DNA of 64,000 nucleotides from Raillietiella orientalis (Eukaryota). This document shows, one piece after another, positions 13,651 through 25,790 of the stretch; the stretch's first letter is position 1; every line of letters starts with the position of its first letter. The DNA lies in the NCBI GenBank assembly GCA_036172245.1, contig JAYWIR010000075.1:124001-188000 (forward strand), read 5' to 3'. A program made the position numbers and the translations under genes. The notes beneath the pieces were generated by a model. It worked only from the letters and a program-made list of their open reading frames with translations, was not told where the DNA came from and made no database searches.

Positions 13651-15749
13651 CAGGAGGGGGAATTTAGAAGTCTCTGAGCACAATGGAGGGACAACGAGTT
13701 ATTTTGGGTATTCACTCAAAAGTGCAGTCCACAGACGCGGTTCTTTGGCCTGGATTCAAGGCATAGCTGCATTATCCTGGATCTGACCTCCCGCGAAAGA
13801 GTTACGTCACTTCTGCTCTGCAGCAAATCACTCACCTTGCCGGTTGGCGACTGTTGCTCCTCTCCCACAAGGAAAACAGCCCTGCGGATAAGGGTGGTGG
13901 CAGTTGCTCGGACCCACAGCTGCAGTTACCGCCTCACGCTTACCAAGCAGACTGTTCCCAGGTTGTGAATGCGACGAATCAGGGTGGCGTTGGTCCTCTT
14001 CATGAGAATCCAAGTGGCCACCACTCCCTGCAGCCGTGCTTTGTAGATTGCGAGGCGGCATGAGATCCGTTAGTGTTCTCCGCACAGCAATCTGCTTCAG
14101 TGGGAATCCAAGAGACTTCATGAGGTCTCGGTTGCAAGGTAGCAGCGACGCCATTCCCTTGCAACCAATCGCGTGCCAAAGGACGCGCACCTCCACCACT
14201 GAACGAGGGGAACTGTTGCGCCACACAGTCAGGCGCAGCGACGAAATCCTTACCACCTGCTTGTACATTGTGTTGCTCCCCGGATACTATGACAACGTTT
14301 TTTCACGATTTTTCTTCCATCCCAGAAGACAATTTGGTGACGTCAGAAACCTCTCTTTGTGAGGAGTGCCATGTCGCAGCCATGAAGCACACCCTTCCCA
14401 GCGGTCAGAAGGTCAAGATTCCATGCGGCGTAAAGAACCGCCGTGGAAGCCGCCGAGGGGAGTCTTTCGGGTGCAGGAGGGAAGCTGCCACTCGTTGCCA
14501 CCCGCTGCGAAGGGAATCGCAGCAAGGAAGGACAAAGAAGAGGCTGGAGAAGCTTTCGAGGCTTGCAACAAAAAAGGCTTCAATTCGAGGAGTGAGAATC
14601 GCAGGAATCGTAGGAAATCAGCAGTCCCACTGAAAGATCTCACCACTTCTGGAAGAGAAGCACTCAATTCTGATGTTCCTTTGGTTTTTTTCCTTTCAGA
14701 GGAAATGGAGAAAAAGGAATATGAGATCCTCTTCTTGGAAGAAGAAATGCAGGACAAGAAATCAAAAATATTCCAGCGACTGCAGACTGGATGACCATGA
14801 TCTCAGAAGAGAACAACTCACTGCGGAAGACGTTTTTGGAACGCTTCAGAATGCTACAAGCGTAATCTCGTGCGTTTTTAAGGACGCGGTGATTCACAGG
14901 GACGCGTACCAGAAACAAAGTTGACAATGTTGAACGGCGGGTGCTCACAAACACTCGAATCGGAAGCTGAACTCTGCATACGAAAACAGCTCTGCAGCAG
15001 CCACAGCTGCGAGAACGAGAGCCATCTTCTTCACTATCTCTTTCCACGCTGGACATGTCGCTAAAAGGTGCACCGCCGAATGAAAGTTCCTCAGAAACTC
15101 TTCCGGGTGGGCATCCGAGATCCAAAACGATAAGACAGATGAGTTGCTGGAGAACCTTCTTCTCTACATTTAGCAACGCCTGCTGGAATTCTGAAACCCC
15201 ATTCACCCTTTCAAGACGCAAGGACTTTCGCAGATTTCTGGAGAACCAAACTCCACGTATCAGTGAAGATGAAACGATGCAGTACATGAGCACCTGGGTG
15301 CAACAGCAGGTGTCTTGTCAATCACAATTTTCTTTCGATAAGAATATCAAAATTCTTCTTCCCGTTTCACATCAAGAGTTCTACTCATGTAAGCATTCTA
15401 GATTCCAAGACGTATTACAGACAAGGATTCGAGAAGCAGAAGTATCCAGTTCTCACAAGGAAAACGAAGGTCAAACCAGCTTTTTCGGAAGGACAAAAGA
15501 AAAGATTCTTTTCAAGGTGAAGAGGTGCATTCTGCAAGGGATGCTGCCACAGAATCGGGCTATCATCAAATGGCTTCAATGGAATGCAGGAAGGATCAAA
15601 GTGTCCTGAGTTACCCTGCAAAACGAAGATGAGATGGCGGAGTGTACTGTCTAATCGTTCACGAATTGTTGGCATCATCCTTGAAGTTGGCTTCCTCTAC
15701 GACGACCTACCTGACTCACAGCTTTGTGCATCGTGTCCAGAAGCAACTT

Positions 15750-18700
15750 TTCTTATATCGATAGGAGCGACAACGTAGCACCATCGACGCTATTCGACAA
15801 GTCAACTCGCTGCAGCAGTCGAGATAGACTTGTCGGGAAACAACGGCGCACCCGTGCCGCCTGCATCCGTGAAGCAAGACTCCATTGGCGATTCCCAATT
15901 TCGGTTCCCTCTCAGAACAAACCGGACCGCAAACATTCAAAGAGGCGTGGAGCCTCGTTGAATGGAACGACGCAGAAGCGAACGAGGGTCCACGCAACGC
16001 TTACCACAGCAAGTAACGCTGCAGCAGCACGGCTGCAGATGCTTGCGCGCATCTTACACGCTCACTTTTCGCGCGAGCTCATTCCCCCAGAGCCCCCAGT
16101 TGCGGCTTCGTTCTCGACTCTTTTCCGAAGCGAAGAACGCAAAATTCGTGGATCGGACTCTTTGCTTCTTTTACCCCCTCATTCATTGCGCTCTCTTCTT
16201 CGTAACCTCTCACGCAGCACGCTTTGCCTCTCCTTTGAGGGCAGCTTCAGATTTCATTGGACATTGCTGACGGAAGTGGCATTGAGGAATGCCCGTAAAC
16301 AGACTGCTCAGGATATTCACAGAGCGAGGATCTTCGTTGTCGAGTATTTCAGGTTTGCACTTTCCCCTTCGCTGCTCCGGGTTGCTCAGCTTCCAGGAAC
16401 CAGAGAACGTGAGCGTCTCCCGATGTATCAAGGTGCTGACTGCATCCTAGGCGAGCCTTCCGTATTCCTCCTTATCGCATCAGCTACCCACTTGGAAGAC
16501 TCATTTAACACCGACGAATCTCCATTGTCTTTTCTCCAGGGAACTGGCTGATCGTGTGCTTTTGACTAGCTGGATGATAGTAAAAGAGGATGATGCCCCG
16601 TATTCTTGTTTGCAGTTACAGATGGGTGATTGACTTCCTGCTATGGCTCTCAAAGTCTGTCGAGTCCCTCCAACTCCAATTCGCCATCTTCTCTCCGTTA
16701 GAATGACTTTCCTTTTCTTTTCGCATCTCACAAGTTGCGGAGCCCGAGATCTGCGATGTTCTCGCACTCGTTTCCGATCGCTCCTGCCTCGTGAATCGTT
16801 CCATCTGCATTCGCTCACGACAAGGACCTCCCTTCATCTCCGCTACCCAGAGGACCACAGGAACGAGTCACAACTCCTAGTTAAGTGTTAGCAGACGGAC
16901 ATCCAAGACAACGAACGCAAGAGAAAGCGCAACCCACGAAACACGTAGAAGAGGTCCGACAACGGCTTCGCGTTGGGAGGTAGGCAGCCCGGTCGGCTGC
17001 TCGAGCATCCGTGTTTCCTGCACTCCACCCACCACTCGAAGAGCTTTGCTAACGATGAGAGAACCGCTGCTGCAGCGGCTGCTCGAAACGCACGAAACAC
17101 GAAACCAGGATGCGAGGGGATTCTTGCAGAGGCCGCGGTTCAATGCTGGAGGTGAGGACGGTATGAGTGATGAGGATAGCCAGGGAAATGGATGGAATCA
17201 GGCCGCTGCGCGGAGCGTGGGAGGCATGCAATGGGAACCCAGCCCGGCGCGACGTGAAAGACGCTCTTGCAAAATGCCCATTCCAGCCTTCCTGCAGCGC
17301 GGCCGCGAGCGACGGTAGGCTTCGAACCCCGAACCGGGACCTGAGCACCCAAGGGCACTCCAGGAGAAACCCCGTAGCCTCGGTGTATTTGCGATGTCTC
17401 CCAGCGGGCGGCAGTAGGACACCCGACCTTCCTCTCGTCGCCGTCTCCGGCGCCATCACCGCGTTCCTCTATTTTCCAGTACGAAATCCATCACCTAGTT
17501 TCCATCTTCGGTTTCACGTCACCTGGAAAGGGAGAAACGCCCCATCATATGTGCTCGTCCTGCTCGGAGGCCACTCCGAACAAGTGCAGATCTTCGGTTC
17601 GCTTCCCTATTAATACGTCGGGTTGCAGCTTGCCTCCCAGAGCAGCCGCAGGTGTTGCCAGCAGAGGTTCACCACCCAAGTCCTGCCGTTCCGAAGAGCA
17701 CGAGCGATGCATCCTTCCGACGAAAGAGTTGCCCTTCTGCTTCCGCAGGGCAAACTCTTCTCCGTGGCGGCACTTGTCGTCGTGCTCACGGTGAGTGCAA
17801 CCGTTTGCTCACCTGTCCCGTTTCCCTGGGGCCCGCGGCAGTTGACTTCTTCGGCTGCTAGATTCTCACTCCCAGGTGGACTCCCGCGAGCGGCGTCTGC
17901 GGGCGTGACGGACGACTGCTCTGGGGGCACCGCGTGGGTTCGGCCTGGAAGGATACTCTCCTTCACGAAAGGAAAATCAATCCTCTTTCGGTCCTGTTTT
18001 CTCGCGCGTGATGTGGATCATGCAACTCCGGGAAGATGATAGGCTTTCGCATCCTTGATCGACGGTCGGTCTTTCCGGCTTTCCTTCTGTACGCACGTCC
18101 CTGGGGAACTCCTGCAGCGCTCGATGAGACTCCGATGGGTCGCGGTGAAATAAACAGGAACTTTCTTTCAGATCCCGGCTCGTGGGTTCGTACCCTTTTC
18201 CCGAGAAGAAAGCGGACACTTCGAGAATATCTCCAGCATCCCCATCGTGAAGCCCACGCAGAGGTTTTCTGTCGAGCAGCGCTTCCTGATTCAATTCTCC
18301 CAAGGGTCGTGCGATCTGACCCAACCCCAAGGAAGCATAGTCAGCACCGTCACTTTTTCCAGTCCTGGAAATCCGGGCAATTTCCCGGCGAACTCGAGAT
18401 GCGTTCTGGGACTCCAGGTAGCTCGAGTCCAAGAGAGGCCGACCCTACGTCTGTTCCTCAGCCAAACAACATCGTGCAGTCCCCGGAAAACGTCATAGGA
18501 GTGTTTGATGCCCAGTTCGTTCTCGGAAACGGAGGCTCTCTCGTCGTCGAGGATACGCTACGCAGCATAACGTGAGATGATTTTCTGCTGCTAGTCAGCA
18601 TCGCCGTTCATCCTGACAGTTGGAGTGAACGGCCGCCCGCCCGCCACCCTGCTCCCACTCCCGCATTCTCGGACGCCGCTCTTCAAAGACCTGGTTGCGC

Positions 18701-20150
18701 CTCTCTTCGGTCGCAATTCCGGGAGACGTTCGGACCAACTGCATCCGCACCCGACTCGCGACCACTCTCCTCCTCACCCATCCGCGTCCACTATGCGTCA
18801 GCGTTCGCTTCGTCGCGCTGCGCTCGATGCGGACGGGGGGCGGCGTTGCGCGCATCTCGCGAGAAACCCCCCCGCCGAGGAGCCGTCAAACCGACCTGCA
18901 GCATAGCCGTCGCACCCGCCTCACCTTCCCCACCAGAAAAGTATCCGGTTCCTCTCGCTCATCTCGCCGGCCTGTCCCGGAAAGCGCGCGCGCTCCTCGG
19001 GACGCTATCCTCGATGCCTTCGGGAGGCAATTTCTTCTCTGCGGCGGCGCGGGATAGCTCGAAAAAGCCACCTGCCGCCTTCCCGCTTTTCCTCGCGGAA
19101 CCAACAGGCATGGGAGGACGCTCTGCGACCCCTGACCCCAGACAGCTCTGTTCATCGATGCACTCCCCCCCCCCTTCCGCTTTCCAGGATCACCAGGCAG
19201 GCGGATCTCGCTTCGTTTCCCAACCTCCTGCTGTTCCTGCCGGCTAAGATAACGTTCACAGGAGTGGTGGCATCGAGAGGATTTCGTCTCACTTTGACCA
19301 ACGCGAACAACGCATTCCAAGTACCTGCACAGCTGTGGACAACCAGTACAACCACGATGATGGCAACCTCTCCCGCTGTTCAACCTTTCCTCTCTTTGGT
19401 CATCAAGGTACGCAATCCTGGAATCGTGTCGAAGAGTGGTTCTCGAACGCGTCTGCTCGCAGTGTGACTCTTTTCATCCCCACCGGGGATCGTGGATGGC
19501 CTCTTCCGTCCGGTGATGAGCGACCGAATCGCCGGACTCCGCTTTCGTCAGGGGCTCCCCGTTGCGAGCGATTCCTCGATTCGCTCTTCTTGGGAAGGGA
19601 CCTGCGCCCTTGTGCGAGCTGCGCGCTTGCCTTTACTCCGGTTGAGCGGAACCGCCTCCCTGACCGCTTCTCGGAAAAGAGAGACTGCCAAAAGATGCGT
19701 CTCCACGTCTCCGGCGTTTTCTGTGTTTCGCGGGTCCCGCCGCGGCGCAAGCTCGACTTGGTTGACGGAGGGCGCGAAGCGTGCGCGCACGAACGGTCCG
19801 TTCCATCATCTCCCCTCCGACTCTTCCTCGACCGTGCTCGGCACTTCGATTCAAGGGAGTGCGGAAGGCAAAGGCAACCAGGAATGCCAGGAGGCGTCGT
19901 TCGCAGGGGTCAAGGATCCTTCGGAAACGAACAGCAGTTGCTCGAGGTTCGCATCCGTGCCCCGTTTCCACGTGACCGCTGCGAGTCCCGGGTGGCGCCT
20001 GAGCCTTTCGAAGGTTCAGCGAGACTTGCAGGGCTTGCGGGCGGAACACTCTTTTCCCGAAACGAAACGGAAGCTCCTTTTCCGGACGGGTGCCCCGTAG
20101 AGTGCGTGGTCTCCCGGCTGCCGTTTTCCCCGGTCTTTTTTGCACCAGCG
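15750..20150 (-). mobile_element. Heavily decayed Helitron-like Rep/PIF1-helicase coding region
   Basis: Eroded motifs in the order expected for RepHel, across frameshifts: APDE..FGRSSPDGRG (about 19560-19490), GDP..SMNR (about 19200-19140), ELGIKHSYDVFRGLHDVVWLRN (18453-18518, HUH-like), SCMIHIT (about 18020), FLLECPW (about 17360), QPTG (about 16995), EVLVVSEC (Walker-B-like, about 16820), DPRSVNIL, LGIANG (15881-15898). Recognised by eye only. Confidence 0.5.
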
Positions 20151-20479
20151 CTTCCTTCCCTCTGATCTCAGCCGGGATCAGGCCGGGAAGCGGTTCTTCT
20201 CACTGATACCCGAACCGCTCTTGCCACGTGCGGGAATCCAGCATCTGAGATGCTTCGAGCTTGTGGGGACTTCCCGCTACCGCCAATGCTGACTTCCTCT
20301 TCCTTTGCAGCCAGCTCCATGGTGCAGTTTCGTCTATGCTCAATTGAGCAGCCAGAACCTGTTGTCTGGAGAGCTGCTCACTTTCGGAACGAACGGGCAA
20401 AATCTCCCTCCGCAGATGCACACGACCTTTCCCGGCCCGTCCCCTGTCTCGAGTTTCCGCCTCCAATCGCAGCGAGGGA

Positions 20480-21960
20480 AAGCCATTGTCGTGTATTACT
20501 ATAGGAACGACAATCGGGGAGTTGCTGGGAGTTTCTCGACGTCCATGTTTTGCGTTTAGTGGTTCGACGGCGGTGGCGAGGCCTGCGACCGGGGAAAAGC
20601 TCCACCGATTCTGCTGGATTTTGAGGAGTAGCCACGGCGAAATAAATGCTTGCTGACTTGCTTTCTCTCGTTTGACTTCCGTACATTCCGAGCCAGAGGA
20701 ATTAGTGTCGCTCTGTTCCTCACTTCCTAATCCTCTCTACCGATTGCTGCAACTTCACTCGAGCGCCACTTTCTCCACTATCCCAATTGTCCATGCAAAG
20801 TGCAACCATGCTCGTGGTTGGTGTGCAGATCAGCACTTGTTCGAGGATGTGAGCGGCTTCTAGCCATCAACCAATCCCAATCCCCGTACATCCTTCCGAA
20901 ATGACTTCCGCGGGAGTTCGAAACCAGCAAACCCTTTTGTCGAGCATGCTCCTTTCCTGACGTCTTGCTGGATGTCAAGTTCGATTCAAAATACTTTGCC
21001 CGTGGGAGTGTGCAGAGCAGTGGTCAGCCAACCCGATTTGGCTTAGTCCTACTAGAGGATAGATGCCGAATTTCAAACTGCAGCAAACGGTGCGTTTTCT
21101 TTTTCCATCCCGATGGACGCTCCACTCTATGGCGACTCTGTGAGGTCTCCGCGTTCCTTTCCCACGTGATCGATCGCGTTCCTGCGTGGCGTGGACGTCT
21201 TGCTCCTTTAGCGAGAGGTAGCGAGACGTCCGGAGTGTGACCCTTTCACACTGAACTCATGCCTGTTTCCTCCTTCCGCAGGTCTGGTGGCATTTCTGCG
21301 GCTACTGCACTTCTCCCCTCTTAGGAGGTTCATCCTCCTCCTCCGATGGAGTTCGTCAGGAGGAAAGGGATGCGGGTTCCTACCCTGGGATTGCACAGGT
21401 GGGCGCTTCCTTCCCCTTGAAACGATCCCTCTAGGACTCCCGATTTGGTCCTTGCTTGCAGACTCCCTCACCGACTTTTCAAGATGGTCTCCAGGTCCGA
21501 CATGCGGCGTGGTGGTTTTTTGTGGACTACGCGAAACCAATACAGAAGTGCTGCCACTGCGCGCGCGCGTGCAGTGGAAGCACTCGAGGCATTTCGCCTC
21601 GATTGCTTCCAGTAGCATCACTCATGGTTCTGATCTCATTTTAGGGGAAAGGGGAGAGGGAATGTCACATCTAAGCAGTGGACATTCCCTATTGTTTTGC
21701 TCGAAATGTAACTGCAAGACAAAGCGGAGACTCTTCCGCAGCTTCGGATGCCGATCTCTCTTTTCATCAGTCCCGATGGAAAGTCCATAGCTGGAAGCAC
21801 GCGCTCTTCATCTTCCACTGCTTGGCTCTTCTTATTGCGGTGTTCGCGATGAAGAGAGCAATGCGGTTCCTGACCTCAGGGTTGTATCTGGGCGCCTTTT
21901 CATCCCCATTGAACAATCCGGCATAGATTTCTCGCTCTTGGTCCTTTCCTGCAGGCATGT
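20480..21960 (-). mobile_element. Decayed BEL/Pao LTR-retrotransposon pol (integrase region)
   Basis: Minus-strand motifs in order: FIAN..QW, KCLECFHC, GSHFGRMY (cf. APHFGGxYE), WRKWRSSE (cf. FWxRWxxEYL), VELFPGR (cf. IxELxPGxDG). Confidence 0.45.
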
Positions 21961-22029
21961 CACCGCCTTCGGCGCCTTCCGCTGTTGGTCGAGCGTTAGG
22001 CAGGCGAGGACGGGGAACAATTCCCTAAG

Positions 22030-22625
22030 ATAGGGGGTACTCCGAGCGGGGACCGCCATATGAATCCAGGAAGGACTCGGAGTCCGTTCCTCTCACGCCT
22101 GAGGCGAGATCCGAAAATTGAGATCGCTTCCACCCTGGTTGTCTCCGAAGGGAAGCCTGCGAAGGGAATCTCCTTCCTTATTCCCTCCTGAGGGGTCCTC
22201 TCCATTTTTTCCTTTTCGAAGGGAACCCGGAAAGGATCCGCTAGTAGAAATTTCTTCTCCGGAGAGAATCCGCAAGGGAACCGCTCCTGTTTACTCCTCT
22301 GAAGAGAACCCCGAAGGGACGCTTCCCGATTCCTCAGAGGAACGCTCCCGAAGGGAGCGGCTTGCTTATCTGCACTCTCTGGAGAGGTGGCGATACATCT
22401 ACTTCATCAGTATGACTCTGTGGGTCCCCCCGAAATGAGGGTCCTCTCCTTCACAACCGGAGGGGAGCTCCCACGCCGTGATTCCTGGAAGGACCCGGAG
22501 GTCGACTCCTATTTGTCCTGGCCCTCAAAGGGAACATCCAGTTTCAACAGCTACCATTGTCGCATCCGGATGAATGGAGGCCAATCAGTGTCATCTTGCG
22601 AGAGGAACTCGAACCCACGACGTAC
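22030..22625. repeat. Dispersed repeat with internal TCCGAAGGGAACCC-like units, copy B
   Basis: Homologous to copies A and C. Shares GGCCAATCAGTGTCATCTTGCG..ACTCGAA..CCACGA with 54468-54512. Confidence 0.75.
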
Positions 22626-22861
22626 TGCGTCGATTCAGTTCGGAGTATTGGAACGCACGATGCATGGTGTCACGGGGTGACACCACCGTAACCACACAGC
22701 CTCCGACGCGGGCCGTGGGTTTCCCGGCTCCTCAGCCAGCGCAAGTCTCGCCTGATGCATTTCTTATCCAGTGCTTCGTTTCTGATCCACTCAGGATGCC
22801 TCCGTGGTAGAACATGAAGAGACTTTCCTCACCAGCTTCCGCTCTTTCGAATCCTGGCTCG

Positions 22862-23830
22862 TTTTCCACCCGGTTCTGCCGAGGCATTTACTATTAAACA
22901 AAATAATAATAAAAGTCCACTAAAACATTCAATTGTTGTAAAACACTTGGTTTCACCACGTTCTCGGGAGTTGCTTTGACCGGCATGCAGAACCGGCGAG
23001 GACCGTTTCCTCGGCAACGGGAAAGGGAAAACCGGGAAAAAAGGGAAACAAACAAAAAGAGAAAAACGGGAGAAAAAGTTTTACCGGAAAGTAGGAGGGG
23101 GAGGAGAAGGGTCCGGGAATGGGATCACACTTCGCTAAGAGACGTCCTCAGCACCCTGTTCAGGATGTTGGGAAGTTCTATCCTTATCTTGCCAAGTGGG
23201 GACGGCCATCTCGAGGCGGTCTTCAAGACGATTGTTGCGCAATGCATTGCGTCTCTTCCATTCATGCCTCTTCTTCTGGCCTTCCCCGCCACGATCCCGC
23301 AAAGACAGCAGAGTGCTGCACGGTACGCGGCTGGAGGCTGCGCGGCACGCGCGCGCGAAGAGGCGTCCGCAAGTCTCCCTGCGACCTCCAACCGGGACTC
23401 CTAGGGTCTTCGAGAAGCGATCCCAAAGGGGACGGAGGGCGGCGCAGTCTAGCAGAAGGCCTCCTTTTCGCCACATCTGTCGCACTGAGCGTCCATGCTC
23501 CTCCGTATTTAATGATGAAGGCGTGCTTTGCACAGGATTCCCCCATGCACCACCAGCAACGCCAAATTTTGTCACTTGAGAGGGAGGATGCCGATCACAG
23601 CTCAACCTTAGGCAGGCGGACACGTGCCACGAGCCTCCTCTTCCTCCATGCACCCTGCAATGCCCGTCTCGGAAGTTCAGAGTGCCCTCGTACGACTCAT
23701 TGGTGCGAAGCATCCCGACCTCCCGGCGGCAATGGAAGTGCCGCGTAGAATCGCCAGGAGTTGATCCCGAATTCTCGGCATCACTCTCCTCGCGTGTTGC
23801 TCCGTTGCTTGCTTGAAGCATCCTCTATCG
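22862..23830 (-). mobile_element. 5'-truncated, decayed L1/Tx1-type LINE 3' end
   Basis: LLLDCAALRPLWDRFSKTLGVP and ILNRVLR on the minus strand, T-rich UTR, terminal motif at 22867-22892. Confidence 0.75.
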
Positions 23831-24369
23831 GTGGACTACGAAGACCTCTCTTTACGATCCGCACCTCTTGGAGCGCAAGCCCTAAGAATGGCAGTCCCTT
23901 ATATTAGGCATCTCCCGTTTCCTCGGTAACACCGTAGTTTCCTCGTTTTGCAGGTGAGACATCCTTGCATCCTTTGGTCACATGGAAACAGCCGCATCTC
24001 AAGGAAGTTATCTTTCTTTTGTAGACTGCTTTGTGTGCGTAATCACTAGCTGTGTCCTTCGACGGATCCGTTGTCCCTCCAGAGATAAGCAAGCGAGGCA
24101 TCACCAGAGTCAGTTCCTCTTCTTAGAGTTCCCATCTATAAGAGACTACCTTCATCTTGATGGTGTACAGCGGCTCTTGTTGGCTAAGCCACGTATTTAT
24201 CAACTGACCGGTCTTCGGCAGTGAAGATGACATCAATACCCCTGAATGGCTAAGCAGTCTCCAGCACGCGCTGTGGCACCCTGGGGATTTTGTGATTTCT
24301 AGGACTTTCTAGGAGCATCCAAGTGATGAATGGAATGTTCACTGAGCTTCCATCATCAGGCGATAAGGC

Positions 24370-24440
24370 CTTCATCCCTTATCTCCTTCCTGAGGGAAGG
24401 TGATAAGGGATGAAGCCAGCAGGCCCTCCTGAGGGGAGGG
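24370..24440. repeat. Two adjacent hairpins with CC-TGAG-GG apex
   Basis: CTTCATCCCTTATCTCCTTCC-TGAG-GGAAGGTGATAAGGGATGAAG (20/21 bp, 24370-24415), then CCCTCC-TGAGG-GGAGGG (24424-24440). Confidence 0.85.
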
Positions 24441-25089
24441 GATGTGGGAGACATGGGAGTCTTTAAGCTTCGCACTCGGGTTTTGCATGGCACCTTCTGT
24501 TATACCTTCGTCGTCTGCTGATCGATTTCCTTGCCCGGCTGATGGAAGACGTTGGTAAAGAGTGCCTTAAGAAGCCGAGCACTATCGCACAAGTCGGCCT
24601 TCCGCCTCAAGCAAAAGTCAGCCATACTTGGTTTGGCTTCTTTTTCGGTCACTTTCTGTTAGAGTTGTTTCCACGATAATTCGGGCTCCGGGGCATCTGC
24701 AATTGGGATTGCGGGTGCCTGACTGTCTTCGTTTTGCAGATCCCACACACCGTCAAGGCAATGAAGTCCACAGTCTCCATGGGTGCAGTTCTGTATTTTG
24801 GGGCGTTAATAGTGTTCCAACCCACCCTTTGTCGAACCGACTATCTCGAAGGACTCATGCCCATCCTTGCCTTTCAGGAAGAAGAGAAAGTCATCTGAGT
24901 GCGCCGCAGCAGTCGTTGTCCCGATTGCAACGTCCTCCAGGCAGCTTCTTTAATGGATGATCAACATCACCGCCTCTGTGTGCAGTACGAGCAATGTGGA
25001 CGAATGGAGGCTGCTTTCCATCGGAATGGCTGGCGTCCCACATTGAGACTTATCAAGAGTATTTTTTATCTGAAACCCAGAACCATTTA

Positions 25090-25210
25090 GATCCTCAGCA
25101 TAACATATAATTGAGTTATTTAAAAATTTCGCCGAACAGTTATCAACCATTAATACAGGGTTTCGATTTTCGTTAATTACTATACATTTACTTTTCCTAC
25201 TAAAGCTTGA
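25090..25210 (-). mobile_element. Short pogo/Tigger-type (DDE_1) transposase remnant
   Basis: ENRNPVLMVDNCSAK resembles the xxRKVLLxVDNCxAH motif. Confidence 0.35.
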
Positions 25211-25639
25211 ATGGCTTCTATAATCCTTGCTTTCTTCATACATCATCATCTTCGTCATTCAATTCATAATCGTAATCATCATCATCTTCATCACTCAAAG
25301 ATAGATTTCTACTCGCCGTAATTTACTTTGCATACATGCAAAGTAAATTACGTCAACCTAGAGACTATTTCTCCAAGAAGAAATAAGAACACTGCCACGG
25401 AGCGGTTACTGTGATGAGTCAGGGGCTGTGGCTCTATTTGCTTGTCTTTTATGTTATCACAGCTAACCTCATTTAACTCGCTATCCGGTAAACGCTCTGA
25501 TTTTCTTGTCAAGAAGGCCTAGGTTCTTCCTCTGGTGGTTTTGTTGGTTCATTAGCATGTGTCCCCTATTAGTTGGAGTGCTGTGGTGCTCTCTGCGCAA
25601 GATGACTTCCACATAGTCGCAGAACGGACTCGGGAAGAT

Positions 25640-25790
25640 CAATCTTCTCAAGATGCTGCCGAAGCGCTTTATGGTCCACGGCGTCGCACAACTTTTGCAT
25701 GTCGGCAGAGTCCAGCACAGGTCAGCGCCTATGCAACGGTTGTAGGCGATGATTGCTTGGTCGTGTTTGACGTTGTCACACTTGCAACGG
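25640..25790 (-). mobile_element. piggyBac-type transposase remnant
   Basis: VKHDQAIIAYNRCIGADLC resembles the KPxxIxxYNxxMGGVD motif around the third catalytic Asp. Confidence 0.35.

Noticed and set aside
15590..15645. hAT transposase motif (LPCKTKMRWRS)
   Set aside because: A single short resemblance with no supporting motifs.
17700..20100. THAP / P-element transposase (FPKDP, VVLVVHSCAGTW, RRNCL on the minus strand)
   Set aside because: More motifs, in the correct order and continuing into a PIF1-like helicase, fit a Helitron RepHel. Only a profile search can settle it.
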